Assembly: GCF_000150275.1 (NCBI RefSeq)
Contig: NW_002060973.1
Location: 493,956-553,957 of the forward strand
Origin: Trichoplax adhaerens
Taxonomy: Eukaryota; Animalia; Placozoa
Length of the DNA stretch: 60,002 nucleotides
Reading direction: 5' to 3'
The position numbers and the translations under genes are program-made. The notes under the pieces were generated by a model that was given only the letters and a program-made list of their open reading frames with translations, ran no database searches and was not told the DNA's origin. This document shows, piece after piece, positions 38,901-53,900 of the stretch; within the stretch, counting starts at the first letter, position 1, and every line of letters begins with the position of its first letter.

Positions 38901-41900
38901 ATTTCAAATTAGGCCATTTCAACATTCTATTCGAGCTGTTGGAAAACTAAGCATTTTCATTTTGATAATCTATATATAGCGATTTATCAGATAACATATT
39001 ACCTGCTTTAAATTCTTCAAGACTGTTTGAGGGATTGGAAAAACTGAAATATTTGTAAGCTACTTAAACTGTAAGACCGATAACAATAATTTATTGGAAA
39101 TCGTTTGTAGCTTCCATAATCTAACTTGCAAGCGTAATATCCATCTTTGTCATTGTTCATAACTCTGCAAAATGGCGAGTATATTCAAGCTTATTAAAGA
39201 CATTGAAGTTTTTTAATTAAACTTAAAAAATTAGCTATTAACATACTGTAGATCGACAACACTTAGCTAAACGTAAAATACTGAATTTAAAGCACAATTA
39301 TCTATCAATTCTTAGCCAAGCGTCAACAATTATAAAATAATAAGTAATTAGACTTAGAATCCATACAATACATACAAGAAAGCACCTTAAAACTTATTTT
39401 AGGAATTTATTTGTGTTATTAGGTATATCTATAATAACAGGATTGAAAAGATCGCAAACGAGCCCTTTGCACAATTAAATAATTTGATAAGGCTGTAAGT
39501 AATTTTGTGATGCAACCACTATCTAATTATTTGCGAATTAAAATTGGAAGCAATTTTCCTATCTAAGAATTTAATTTCAGCCATTTCTAAAACGTAACGG
39601 TACTTACATTATATAAAATCAACCTTAGATCCATCGTATGCTTTTCATAGTCTTTTATTATTATCCATTGTAGAGACCTAAATGGGAATTTATTGAACAC
39701 TATTCATCCTGGAATATTTAAAGGGCTACAAAGATTGATTCACCTGTAAGCTAAATGAAATTTTGAATATTGAAATGTACTAACAGACGTTAAAAATTAT
39801 TAAGGAGCACAATAATGTCTATTCAGTTAGACTGCTAAGAAATAACTTTTCATTAATGTATGCGTATTGCTGTAATGAATTGGTTTTAATCCATTAAGTT
39901 TATTATCCACCAACTCGAAATTTGATTATAAAAAGTGGGCAGATCTCTAAGATAACACAATTAGGTCAATACTGCATTTAGCCAAAAAGTTTCGTTTATC
40001 AATACGTAGCACGCTTATCAGAGAAAAATTTACTTCTCCTGCTCTCATTAGAATAGTTTTCATTAGCAAAAGATAAACTGGAAAATATTGTAGCTGCAAT
40101 ACGGCACATTTTATAGATTAACCGCAAAATAGATATTCTACGATTGGAGGTTTAACGTAATAGAATAATCTAAGTCACATAGTGAAAGCTTACTTAAAAT
40201 TACTGTAGGATATTAATTATACATTGCTACTGAATTAGCTCAATTATTGGAATTGCTAACATGATGTTTGAGATGATGAAATATAGAAGAGTTCATCTCA
40301 CAGCTATTTATTGTAGAAGAAAATCCTAAACACATTTTCAGACGATGTGAACATAAATGAATGAAATCGATATCTTACGTAAAAGAAAATTGATTAAGAA
40401 TTGAGAGGTTGTCGTTATGAATTTAGGTACATATACCAAAATAAAATTGTAAGTATCGAAAAAAGAACATTCGCTGGCCTGTATAAATTGACTCACCTGT
40501 AAGATGTCTTCTTATATGATTGATTTCCGGCATTTTCTATTTTAAATTTATTAAGCAATCTTTCTTCGTGCAATAATATTGCAACGGTTATAATTTCTAA
40601 ACCAGACTTATCTCCTATCTTATATGAGTTTATACCACATTTGCCTGCAATGTTCTCATAAATACATGATATAGGTCATTGCAAGGAAATCTTTTGCGAG
40701 GTTTGAATTCTCCTGGAATATTTGAAGGGATTAGAAGATTACGTCACCTGTAAGCTACGTATAAGTATACTGTAATTACATACCTATGTGAATGGCACAT
40801 TACAAACTACTGGTATCCATTACAGGAAATAAATTAAAAAAATATTAATTCTGTAATTTTTATAATTATATATCGCTAAAACAATTTTTTTAAGAGTTAT
40901 GTTGTTTACCGTACAGATAATCGATCATTTTGTAAAATGGCTTATTATCGCATTTCACTTATAAATAATCAATTACACAATAACTATTTTTGTCTCATTT
41001 TACCTATAAAATAATTAATAAATAAATTTATTTAGATATTTAGGAAACAATAAGATAGAAAAAATAGTAGACGGAGCATTCGCAGATCTTTACTGGTTAA
41101 TGACACTGTGAGTAATCACATTGTTTGATACATTTAAATAGCTATTAGATATATGCAGAGTAAAGCTCTTGCGTCATTGTATATGCCAAGATAGATTAGG
41201 AACAATTTTATATAGCAAATTTTTTTTCCTGAGGTAGACAACCTAAATAATATTGTAATATTCTTTATTGTTAATGAATTACTCAGTGATTTGAAGGACA
41301 ATTTATTGAAAGCCTTAAACTCCCATAAAATACTGCAAGGATTATATAACTTAAAGTACCTGTAAGTTTAATCTGTTACCATGGGTAAAAAGTAAGGAAT
41401 ATGAGATACTGCAGTAATCAGTAGCAATTTAATTAATTATTTGCTCGCAATTTCGTACAGTACATTCTGCGAGTTATACATGAAGACTGCTGTTGTGCTT
41501 TTAGCCTTCTAGTTAACTAAATATACGGTAGATAATTTCGTAATTACGTAAAAAAGCAATGCTATGATAAAGATTTTACTAAGTAATAGGATTGGTTTTA
41601 TTAATTATAGATACCTAGACAGAAATCAAATAGAAAGAATTACAGATAAAGTTTTTGCCAATTCTAGATTTCTCTATAAATTGTAAGGTGTAATGAATTG
41701 ACTATAAGACACACTGCTAAAAAATACTGCTACCAATATAAATTTGAAAACTTATTTCATTTTGCACCTTATGTAAATTCTCGGCATAACTATTTAAATT
41801 ATCGTGCGATGATAATTGGAGCAGAAGCTTTGATAGCAACCTGCTGCTTGCTCTGACTTCTCCAGGAGTATTCCAAGGATTAACAAATTTGCAACAATTG

Positions 41901-44900
41901 TAAGTCATATTTAAATCATTTCCTAGAATAAATAGCTGCAAGTTGTAGCTCTGAAAGCTTCCAATTATCAATGTTTACTTTAATAAGTAATTTTAGTTCA
42001 ACTACTTTAATTCGTACTATATGTTTGAAAATTTCGAAGAGCGAGTGCTCACGCTAATTAGCAATACATTTTATACGGTACGGACTGGATACTAAATAGA
42101 AATCTATGATTTACTTTATTATATAGTACTTCAGGTATTATCAATAATAAATGAAATTACTGTGTCTCGATAAGTTTCCATTGAGTTTAATCATCTTCGC
42201 TCAGGATCTCATATTTCATCGCAGCATTACAAGCTTACAATAGTATCATTACTCTAGAGTAATTCTTATTTCTTAGGCTACATACTTCTTAATGTAACTG
42301 CGATAAAGTGTTTTCAAATATCAAACCGAAAACTAGTATTTCTTATAGAATTCACTTTATTACGCAAAATCTTATTTGCCCAGTAATACCAAGGACTATT
42401 GTCACGGTACAAACTACCGAGAAGAATTGAATGACTAAATTAAGTACATGTACATTTATATATGGTGATTACAATTAGTTACTTGCAGTGAGAATTACTG
42501 AAGCTATAATGTGGCACATTAAATTATGTATTACTGCAAATAAAATTCTTATCTAGTAATAGAATACAGATCAAGCCCTTGTAATTGAAATTTTGACAAT
42601 AAGTAGATTGTAGATGTATTGAAAGACTCTGTAATCCGATTAGGTAAAATCAGTTAGTACATGTCATTTTCGATAATAATAATTATTGGTACAAGATGTT
42701 TCATCAATGTTAGCAACGACCGAAAGGTATTTAAGCCCGGCGGATGATTGAACAAAATCAGTTCTCTAGTTTTGTGATGTAAAAGCAAAGGCATCTAAGT
42801 CGTTGTTAGTATTTAAGGGACGCTGAATCACGAAAAGATTCGAAATTTAGAGATTCGTTTTTCGTAAGGCTTGCCGCAAAGCTAATTTGTGACAAATATC
42901 CATCTTTAATCATTTATTTACAAATTATGCTTGTGTATGTATAACACTTGCATAACATACTTGATGTTAATAAAACGATGGGAATTTTAAGGCAGATGAG
43001 TATTGACTACCAGAAGTAAGAGAAAGTATATCATTCTTAATCTTACTTAAATTTCTATTGTAATTTGGTTAACCCCTACTACAACGTTTCGTTGAGAGCC
43101 ATATCATAATCATTAGCTGCGAATTATAATGTAGCATTAACAATATTTAAGTAGATGATGCAGATTGGTACTGCATTCCGAATGTGAGATTGATCATAAC
43201 TGTTTAAGGAAATACTAAATAGAGACGATAATAGATATCTGGTCACACTAAAGGATGAATTTAATCTTATAAATTGTATGAAAATCAGCATTAAAATCTA
43301 AAAGGTAATGTCTGAACAATGTTTTATGGACATACGTATGCTGGTATTATAGGTATTTGAATGGAAATAAAATATCCCGAATAGCGGATGGAGTTTTTGC
43401 ACCATTTCGTAATTTAATCCAGCTGTAAGTTGCAGTACATTGATAATCAAAATCAGCTAAAATGGCTAGATTACCTACTAATCCTTACCCTAACCCTATT
43501 TCTAATAACAATATATTACTCCTTTCTAATTAATCGTTGATTAAGTGCTCCTTGAATCACTAGGATAATTTCAGAACGTTTTATAAACCAAACGTATTGT
43601 TAATATCTGCTTTCTCGTTACTATTCGATAATATAGAGGTTACCCTATTTTACTGAACTTAAATTTATTTTCACTTTTCAAGTTTCTGTTCTATAGCATC
43701 AATCAGAAGTAATTAATTTTAGTTACGAATTTCTTACCGATTTTCAGGATGCTTAAGGAAAGTTCATAAACACACTCATAATTTATCGAAAACGATGCTT
43801 TGAACCTTCACTATTGCACTTTTAAATACTGTTTTAAACCTGTAGTAGATTTATAAAAATTGCAGTAAGTAACATTCAATAATCTGAATGAAAGTAATGC
43901 CGATGTTTAGTCTCTGCTCTTCGGTTTATACAACGAAAAGTTACTCTAGAATTTGAATTATCTCACCTCACCAGTTTACCTTTCATAGAAAGTCTGTAGT
44001 AGCCCTAAAATGTTGATTTTTATGTATTACTTGTTAGAATGATTACTTCGTATAATATATGGAATATGTAATAGAAATGAAATTATGATTGAATTTAGAA
44101 ATTACTTTAAAGATAAGAAGTGCAGAAAGGAATTTATCATTTTTATGACTAATTAATCTTATAATTTTTCATGCAATGCAATATAATTATTACTAGTCGA
44201 TTGACAAATAACGGGATACAGAACTTGCAAAATATAAGCTTTAGGGGCTTAATTAAACTGAGAACCTTGTAAGTCACTAAAAAGCGATCAATGCTATCTC
44301 CTGATATTAATAGATTCAGGTTTTTTGTTAGACTGTAATATTTGCGTCAGAAATTTCTAAGGAATTTGAATTGTTAGATATATAGAACGGAACAGAATTA
44401 CGGATATACCGGCTGAAATACTAAAGAATATGCCTGAATTGATTAATTTGTAAAGTATTTCAGAGTTCATCAAAATGATTACGCGTACCAGTAATTACGT
44501 TACGACCTCCATCAACTTAACTAATAGTGTTCTAGCATCTTTATAAATGCTTAATTTAGCAATCTATTTAGATATTTAAATATTCCAATATTGAGTTAAT
44601 GAATACTTTTTTGATTTATACAAATAAAATAATAGCTATGCAGGCACAAATTTGATTACTAAAATAAGCCACAAGTCTTGGGAAGGCACAACTAAAATAA
44701 AGATTATGTAAGACAAGATATTTCAACACTTTTAATATAAGAGTAGATTGCGTTGTAATCTTTCTGCTTTATGCATAGGTGGTATCAGCTATGTATTTGA
44801 AAGTAATTACTATGATAACTAACAATACGTGCACGATTTATTTTCTCGTTTCTGGAATAAACCTAGATAAAATATCAGTCGCTATTATGGACGTAATCCA

Positions 44901-47900
44901 GGGTATAATTCCGTCTTTTATAATAGAAAATTAATCTTTAGATATCAGTGACTACTTTGCAAGATTACTCTAAAATATTTATTCGACCTTTATTCGACCG
45001 GTAAAATTCAAAACTTAAGTCGTTTATACTATATTCAGTGTAAACCAGTTTAGGTAAAATTATTTTTGATAATAAATTTAAGGACTGATTTCCTTATAGA
45101 ACATATGAATTAATATAATTATCTGTAGCAGTCACAATTGATCCACGAATAACCTCTAGATAAAACTTTAATAAATTTATACTGAACTACAGAGTAATTG
45201 TAGCAATAGATTAAGATAACGACATTTAATGACTAATTTTAAATAATTAGATCATATAGAGCTGTTGACAAAATCGTTGAGTATAGAATATCAAATCTAT
45301 TTTAGCCAGTGTGTACAAGAGCACTGGCTGCTTTCTATCAATCACAATCTCAATCATAATCTCAATCACAAAATTAGAAAAACCAGTTACAGGATATCAT
45401 ATAATTTATATTAGCATAGTTATTATCATAGCAACTCTTACTAGCAATATGTAGCCTCAAATATAATTATTGTATAGTCTATAATAATTAAAATTTATTA
45501 AATTTAAGGTTAATTTTTATACTGGCAAGTCAATAGTTTTACCCTAGTATAATTTTCTTTTAGCTATCTTTCGAATATTACATAGATGCGTATTGGACTG
45601 AAACATTGTTATTCTATCTTTAGAGACCTATCTATCAATGCAATTGAGAACTTTAGCAGATTAGCATTTTCCAAACTCACTAATTTGCGAGATTTGTAAG
45701 TTATTATTAAATTATTAAGTAGTTGCGCACATAATCCCTATGAATCCGTTTTTGTCCTTTAAAATTTCTTACGATGAGAAATATGATCATTTCTAGGAGA
45801 CTAAGTGTTAACAATCTGGCTCATTTGGAAGACTTTATGTTTTCTAATCTAGCCAGTCTCATAACTATGTAAGTAAATTGCAATATTCTTGATTGCATAC
45901 ATATATAGTAATGATTGTCAATAACGTATTTTAGTAGTACTCTATTACGCGGTTTAAGTACATGCAATAAAAGTTTTAATTTAATATCTATCTCATTTTA
46001 TCTCATTTTAGCCAGCTACATGGAAATGATTTGCACATTATTCGAACTTATTCATTTTATGGACTTTGGAAATTGGAAACTCTGTAATATTATAGCTACT
46101 TAAACTTACCAATGCATAAAGATATTATCGCAGCAATTCTTGTACACATTCTATATATTAATCGCTTAATATGACAGAAAATAAAGCTTAGTGATCTTTT
46201 TGACTTAGGATTCTTTATAATAACAAAATTGAAGTAATTCAGCCTAGAGCCTTTTCTAATCTAACGAAGCTATCATCCATGTAAGTTATTGTAGTAGTTT
46301 ATTTATCCGTTCTCTTTGTGCTAATCCTCAGAATTCAACATAATCACAAATGTAGTCAAAATAGAGTAGCTGATATTATAATTGCTTAAATACTTACGGC
46401 AGCAAATATAATACTATACTTCTTTTGAATTTATAATATTCCTTCAATGTCTACTTGTCATAAACTTGTCTTTGTGATCGACTAAACTATTTTACTAGCT
46501 ATTTAACAAGCTCCTACTAACTAAGGAGATAAAGTAATACTTTGAATTAGACTGACTACTGTCTCATAAGTACCATAAGCGGCTAGAAGTTTGTTTAGCT
46601 TTTTAAGAGTCTTTATTCTAAGTTTATACAAAAAGGTATGAACCNTTGGTGTGCAACTAAGAGATAGTAACTGAGCAATCAAAATGCTACACTAGCTAAC
46701 ATGTATTTGCCATAAACTAAAGGGGCATTGTTGATATATGCTGGCTGTACCATTTTACTTACATTAGCATTAGAATGAGAGATAAGTTTATAATATAACA
46801 CACTATAGAATCTAATAGTAAACAACCTTAATCAATATAAATCACTTAACGATCAATTAAGACCTTGAGAATCAGTACCAAATAAATCATTTAAGAGACT
46901 CAAATTAATGATAACTCAATAATAAGTAAGGTTGGTGCTAAATTAAATATCATAATAAACATAATCATTTCATAGTCTATTATCACTTCCAACTAGAAAT
47001 TAATTTACACATAACAAGAATTAACATCGTGACTTTACTCTACATGACTTTCTAAATGAAAGGAATTAAAATTATTTAATATTTACTCTATCTTTTATTG
47101 TATTATTACGGTGCTTTACCACCATAAGGTAATTAATTACTAATGTTGTTAACCAATTTTGCCTATACTGAGTCCTGATATTGATTGTAAGATATAATCT
47201 TATACTAAACGTAGAAAATGATTAGAGCTCAGTTTGCTAGAATGCACCAGCGGCTGCTCCAAGAGAGTATAAAAGGAGCGAGCTAACAACGACAAGTTGT
47301 TCCGAAATCCAGTAGTCCTAAAGGCTCGCCGAGCAATATAAAAAACTTTTAACTAAATACTTTTCGAGTGATTGATTACCTATTCGTAACCGGAGTGCAT
47401 TATGATATTAGTTACTAGAGGAGTTGACCGTTCACAAAAAGAAAATTTGTGACATATATGCATAGCTAATGGTTATAAGATATAATTTCCAAAGTAGAAA
47501 AGTAGTAAATTCCTTTCTACGCTATCGAAATCAAAATCATTCGTGCCTGAGTTAACGTCGAAATTTATATCCTTTATTCATACCACACTTTATTTCACTA
47601 ATTTCGTTTTTCGTCATGCCACGCTACCGTACTTACGGTAGTTCCTATGTACCGTATACAGTATAATATTAATGTTCATAAGGATAATACTGAATATATA
47701 AGTACTTTATGAAGTAGTTTTATATTTCTATTGCCTTTTAGCAATCTGTCTTGGAATAGGATAGCGTCTATCAGTAACTATATGTTTAGCGATCTTCCTT
47801 CTTTGACAGAATTGTAAGTTGAGTTTGTATTGATATAAGCAGTTTCAATAAACGATCTTCTAATATCGACAAGCTAATAAAAACTAAAAGATTGTTTAAA

Positions 47901-50900
47901 TATGTTTCGTGATTCGTCAACTATAGGATAATGACTAATAACTTTGTTACTGGCATCAATTCAAGAGCTTTTGAAAAATCCTCAAAGATTTCGAAATTGT
48001 AAAAATTGAAAAAATTAATTTAAAATAAACAAAAGTATTAGTATACGTATTCTGAAGTAATGTATTAAATTAACCTTGGAATTTGCAGAGATTTATCTGG
48101 AAATAGAATTCAAGCAGTTTCACTTCTCACGTTCTCGGACTTAGTCAATATAAAAATCATGTAAGATCTCAATGATGTGATTATAAATAGTACGCCATTT
48201 ATTTACTTTTCGTACTCTATATTTAAATGAAATAACTCCCAAAAAATTAATCCATTTGTGAATGTCTCTTAGAGCACTTAGAGTTTGTTCTTTTGGTGAT
48301 ATTGGTGCTCAGTTATTCTCTAACAACAGTTTTCTTACTGAATTGTAAGTCTAATTAATATTTAAGCATATAAAATAATGCTTACATGAAGTTATTACTT
48401 ATTAGTTATTTAATCGTACAGTATACTTAAGAGGTGCTGATTAATCTTCTTCGCCTAAATAGAGACCTTGGTGGATGTAAAATTAAAACTATTGCCTCCC
48501 AAGCTTTTAAAAATTCTGTTTCTTTGAATACAATGTAAGATTCTTGAAGATCTGAACTGTCTTCAATTCACATAAATAACCTCGTATACGTTCAAAGACA
48601 TAATAACTTTCACTAGATAAATATTCAATCTTAATTTCTTTATGACCGACCATAACATTACATTTCAAAGCTAGATTGAAATTCTGCCATATGTATTTCA
48701 GAAAGATCCTTATACTGTCATGAATATTTATCTTTAATTTTCAGAAACTTATCGTCGTCACTCATGCGCTCGTTACCGCCGCATTTATTCGGAACTGATA
48801 CGAAATTGTTCCTGCATTCGCTGTATGTACAAAAATTAATGTATAAAGATTAAATTAATTTCATACAAATTTATGAATGTTTTATGAATTCAAATCGTAC
48901 AATCTTTAACTAATTGATACGCCACAACTATGTGACACAAAGAATGGCTTTTAATCATTTTACTGACTTATGGAAATATTATAACGCCGTTTTGTTCAAT
49001 GGCGTAGCTATATTTGGCTTATTTTACGCTATGAAAATTTAATTAACTAATTAAGCTGTCTGCTAGGTACCTAAATAACAGTTTAATAGAAAAGATCGAT
49101 GAGAAGGCGTTTTATGGATTGCAATATCTGAGTCTCTTGTAAGCTTATTCGCTTTAGATATTTCCTTTACTGACTTGATAAAGAACTTTCTTTCAAGGAA
49201 CTTTATATAAATTAAATTAATACATACTGTATATGTACTTTTAACCTTGAACTTAGGACACTGAGTACAAATAATATTCGATATTTACATCCAAATACTT
49301 TTCAATCTCTCGTTAATTTGGAAGAATTGTAAGGATCTGATATTATAAAACACGCTTACGTCAATAACTTAATCGCGTTAGATAATTAAATAAAATTAAG
49401 CATAGTTTACTATTCGACAGTAACCAAGTATAGCTTTCCGATCAATATTAGTTGAATTTCACCATTTTGGCGAGAATAAACTATTACCTTTTTAATAATA
49501 GAAATCTAAACGAAAACGAAATTGATCATTTAAAGCGTTATACGTTTGTTGGTCTCACATCTCTCAATATTTTGTAAGTAGCTTAGCTGATCAGCACGAT
49601 ATAGTTGTAACGACGTTAAATTTCAGCGCATGTATGTGTTACATTATTATACACTGTAATATTGAGATTGTCTTAGAAATATCTATGTAAGTATAATTTT
49701 GTTAATTTGCCTTTATATAAAGAGTTTCTAATTAAGATATGTGATATTTAAATATAGCACTAGCTTTTATGGTGATATATACAGCCTCCTGAAATTAATA
49801 GTTTAATCATGGAATCGAGAATAATCTTCTTACAATTCAAATCACTGTGATCAAAATTTACTTATCTTAGAATGTAGATTATCGTAGAAATGTTCCGTGT
49901 TGTCTGCATTAGGTAGCAGTAGATAAATTTAGCTTTTGATTCATTATAAGGTTTTAACGTTAATATTACTAACTAGGGTGTCTCTGCTATTGTAAAAGAG
50001 TATATAAATGCGATAAATCGTATAATTAAATTAGTTCTTATGATAAGTGTTTAACGTAAGATACGAAGCCTCTAAGTCTTTTTGTAGTCCACTAGTATAG
50101 GAAAAGTGTTCCTGAAAGAGTAGATACTGCTCCGTGATACGTAGTTCAGGGATTCGACAGCTTGATCGTGCGTTATGTTATCTTGTTGCAAAGCTGTTTG
50201 TAACAGTATGGCTCTGCAATACCTTTTAAATTAAATAGATCTACTAGATTACTGCACCTAATGTCTATCATAAAATAAATTAAGAAATCATACTTACATC
50301 TATTCATAACTTAATCTTGTTCTGATACTTTCTATAACTTTTTTAATGTCAATCTTTTATTCATGATAATTTTTAGGTTGTTAGCTTCAAACGAAATCAG
50401 TTACATAGAAGATGGAGTATTTATAGACCTTACTGCACTTACGAAATTGTATGTTAATACATATAATCTTATTTCATGTGTGAAGTTTGTTTTATACTTC
50501 ACTGTATTTAGGTCCTAATAACTAAAAAAATTTAATTTTTTTGCTTATATTCAATTCGTTAGCTCAGTTAATAATCCAAATGATCCATAAACATGAATTT
50601 TTTAATGCAGTCAGCTCTGTCAGTTATGTCAATCTTTTGTTGATAAAATTCTTTTCAAGTGCTTTAGTAATTTCGAAAGAAAGATTAATTAATAAAAATA
50701 TTACAACTTTAAAGTAATGATAATATAACGCTTTAAGAATATTCAGCATGAATGCAGGCGCCAACTTAATCTTAACAGAAGAAAATAAGATAATCTTAAT
50801 ATTTTATGGTTCACATTTGCTGGTTGATATAAGCTTGTAAACGTTAACGTAGTACCATTACTTGCCTATCAGGTTACTCCTAATAGCTAATAATTTTTTG

Positions 50901-53900
50901 AATATATAGTAAGGTTAGAATACCTTTTCTTTCATTTAATTGCTTTCTCACCAGAGATATCAATAACAATTATTTGACTTTCCTCAATCTATCAACATTC
51001 AGTGGGCTTTCCAGGTTAAACTATTTGTAAGTATGAGATAAATTTGTTAAATGGATTTTTTTGTTATAATTTTTTCCAGCATGGTTGAGATATGCTGAAG
51101 ATTCAAATGATTTGCAAGCGACACATGACAAGAAAAACAATTACTATTAATATATTTGATATTGTTTACTTACACGCACAACAGACTCCTGGATGAAAAT
51201 CAGCTGACAACCATCCAAGATTTTCAGTTTTCTAAGCTACCCAAACTGCAATTCCTGTTAGTGATCAAATTTTTGACGCATGAATTGAAAGTAAAGAGCA
51301 ATACAGAAATAACTGAATTACATCTGCGCTTATTTGATTAAATTTAGATACTTAAGGTCAAATAAAATAAAGCAGGTACAAACGAAAGCCTTTGTCGGAC
51401 TAGAAAACATAAAACAAGTGTAAGTACGTAGATTAATTATAAATTGACTTTTAATTGGATACGATATCCTGCTGCGTAATAAATTAGACAGAGTTATATT
51501 AGAAAATTCTAATACGAAGCTTTATAGAGCAAAATTTTAACCCAGTAATCACATTTCTTCAATACTAACCTGCCAATGTATTTTTAAAACAACGCATCTA
51601 ATATATCGCAATACAATTCGTAGCTGGCTAGATGGGAATCTCTTTTACCATTTAAAAGATTTACCTTTAAACCCTTTCAATAATCTACAATACATGTAAG
51701 ATTGAAGATAAGCTAAATTTCTCTAGCTAGTTTTTCGTCAGTTTATACTGTGCATCTGCAAAATTTAACGTAGTTCTAATACTTGAAAACTCATCAGCGG
51801 CTTATCTAGAAACAAAATTCGAAAGATTGATATGGTTTGTTCAAGCAAGAATAAATACAAAGCTAGCAAAATGTAAGCCAATAGCAAGCATGAAATAATT
51901 TTTGACATTGTATATATATAACATATATAATACTGAAAATTTTCGTACGCTCACTTATAAATGGTTTTGGACATGCTTGTTAACACGTATTCTAGTAAAT
52001 AACATAATTCAGACTTTAGCATTTTATAGATTTGAAAGGGTATTCTAGTATCAAATTTCATTAGTTATTAAAGAGACCATTCTGTAATAAACAGGATGAT
52101 TGATGCCTGTGATGCAGGTAGCCTTGTTTTAACACTGTACATTAAAATGGTATTTAGGCTATTTATTATGATTCCAATTTAATGTTTTTTCCCCTTATTT
52201 CTTAAATTAGAGATTTATCGAGCAACCTTATGAGTGAAATTAAAATTTCTGGATGTTTTTCTTGTTTAAAGCAAATGTAAATTATATTTGAAGTCAATTT
52301 CACTTATTCTACTGTTCGAAAACAATTCTTAAGCAATATTTTTGTTAAATTTTGTTCCTAGGATATCAGTGTTACCGCTACATCTAATTTTATCATTTAA
52401 TCAGTCAACATATTAAAAGTTGTTCATTAAATCTTTGCTTTGCGTTTCAGAAATATCTCCAGCAACAGATTTACAAATGATAGAAGCCTGTCACTTCGCA
52501 ACGTTTCCTGTATTACATCCTTGTAAGTAAATTCTCTAACGATGAAGCTAAAGCCCATTTTGCTAGTAACATCCGCTCGTCATTTGCTCTATTGCGTTCT
52601 CTTCTAAATGTTAATCTTGCCGAAGTTGATTGGATAAGGAAGCATTTAAACGATCAAATTATTTTATTTATTATAATTAAATAGTTTAGGCCGCATAAAT
52701 TGCCAGTATTAATGATTAATGTTATCTTATTATGGTCTTGCGAATTTGACCTTAAAGTTAGTTGTTTGGGTATTTTTTAGAGATATTAGCCAAAACAGAA
52801 TTTCTAGCCTATCATCTGATATTTTCTCCACTTTTCAAGATCCAATACTTATTTCTACATTGTACGCATACTTATACACAAATTAGCGTAGTAAAATTGT
52901 CATATTAGTACGGATGAAAATGCTAAAAACTTAATTAAGTTAATTTTATTTTCTAAAATTAGGAATATATCTGGTAACCGTCTTGAGTATATAAGATCTA
53001 CTACATTTTATCCAACTTTAGGATTGGAAAAGCTGTAAGAGCTCATAACATAGACGTTTTTAGTTACTGTTAAATCAATCTTTGGTGATAGAACTTGAAT
53101 AATACTTTACAATTACATATAATCAGCTATGCAGTTTTCGAAGAAAATTATTATGGAATTAATTAATTATTACAACGTTATAATGAGCAATTTTTTTGAT
53201 AGCGTCATAATAAGCTACTAAAGGTATGATATTAAATATTACTACTTACTATTTCATTCATTGATATTGTAATATAAATTAAAATAACATCTTTGCATTG
53301 CCTAAAATGGTTTAAAAACGGCTTCTATAATTTAAAATTTAGAGATTGCGGTATTAGTGTAAAGGTTAGCGTCACGAAAGTAATTTTCGTGACGTATACT
53401 TTATTTCTATGTTACGCTCTATATATGTTTATTCTCAGAAATACTTTACGGTCTCTTTAATTATAATTTAGTAGTTGACAGTTGATATCCTTGATAGGAT
53501 TAGATAGACTAAAATAGTAATTGCCAGCTCTTAAACTGGATTGCATCTATCACCTCCACGGTTGCTAAAATTAAAAGTATAATTCCTAAGTTTAGAGGAA
53601 ATGTCTTAGTAGGGTAGCTTAATATGTACCTGTTAAACTATTATTAAATATTAATTATTTTATTACTGATACAGTAAATTTAATAGGATTAGATTGTATC
53701 TAATCTGTAATGATAGAATCTCTTTAGAGTATTAATTTGGTTAATTTCTAATAGACGAGGTGACTTGCGCAGTTAAACCTATCGTAGGTACCAAAATCTA
53801 TATAAGCGATGGGTTAGCCGATAGTAAATTAGATTGTGAAAGTACTATAGTAAATTTTGAAGGTCTCGCTCAGTTGAATTCTATCTGGTTTGGAATACCA

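Noticed and set aside
43483-43498. CCTTACCCTAACCCTA, telomere-like
   Set aside because: Fewer than three imperfect units; expected by chance.
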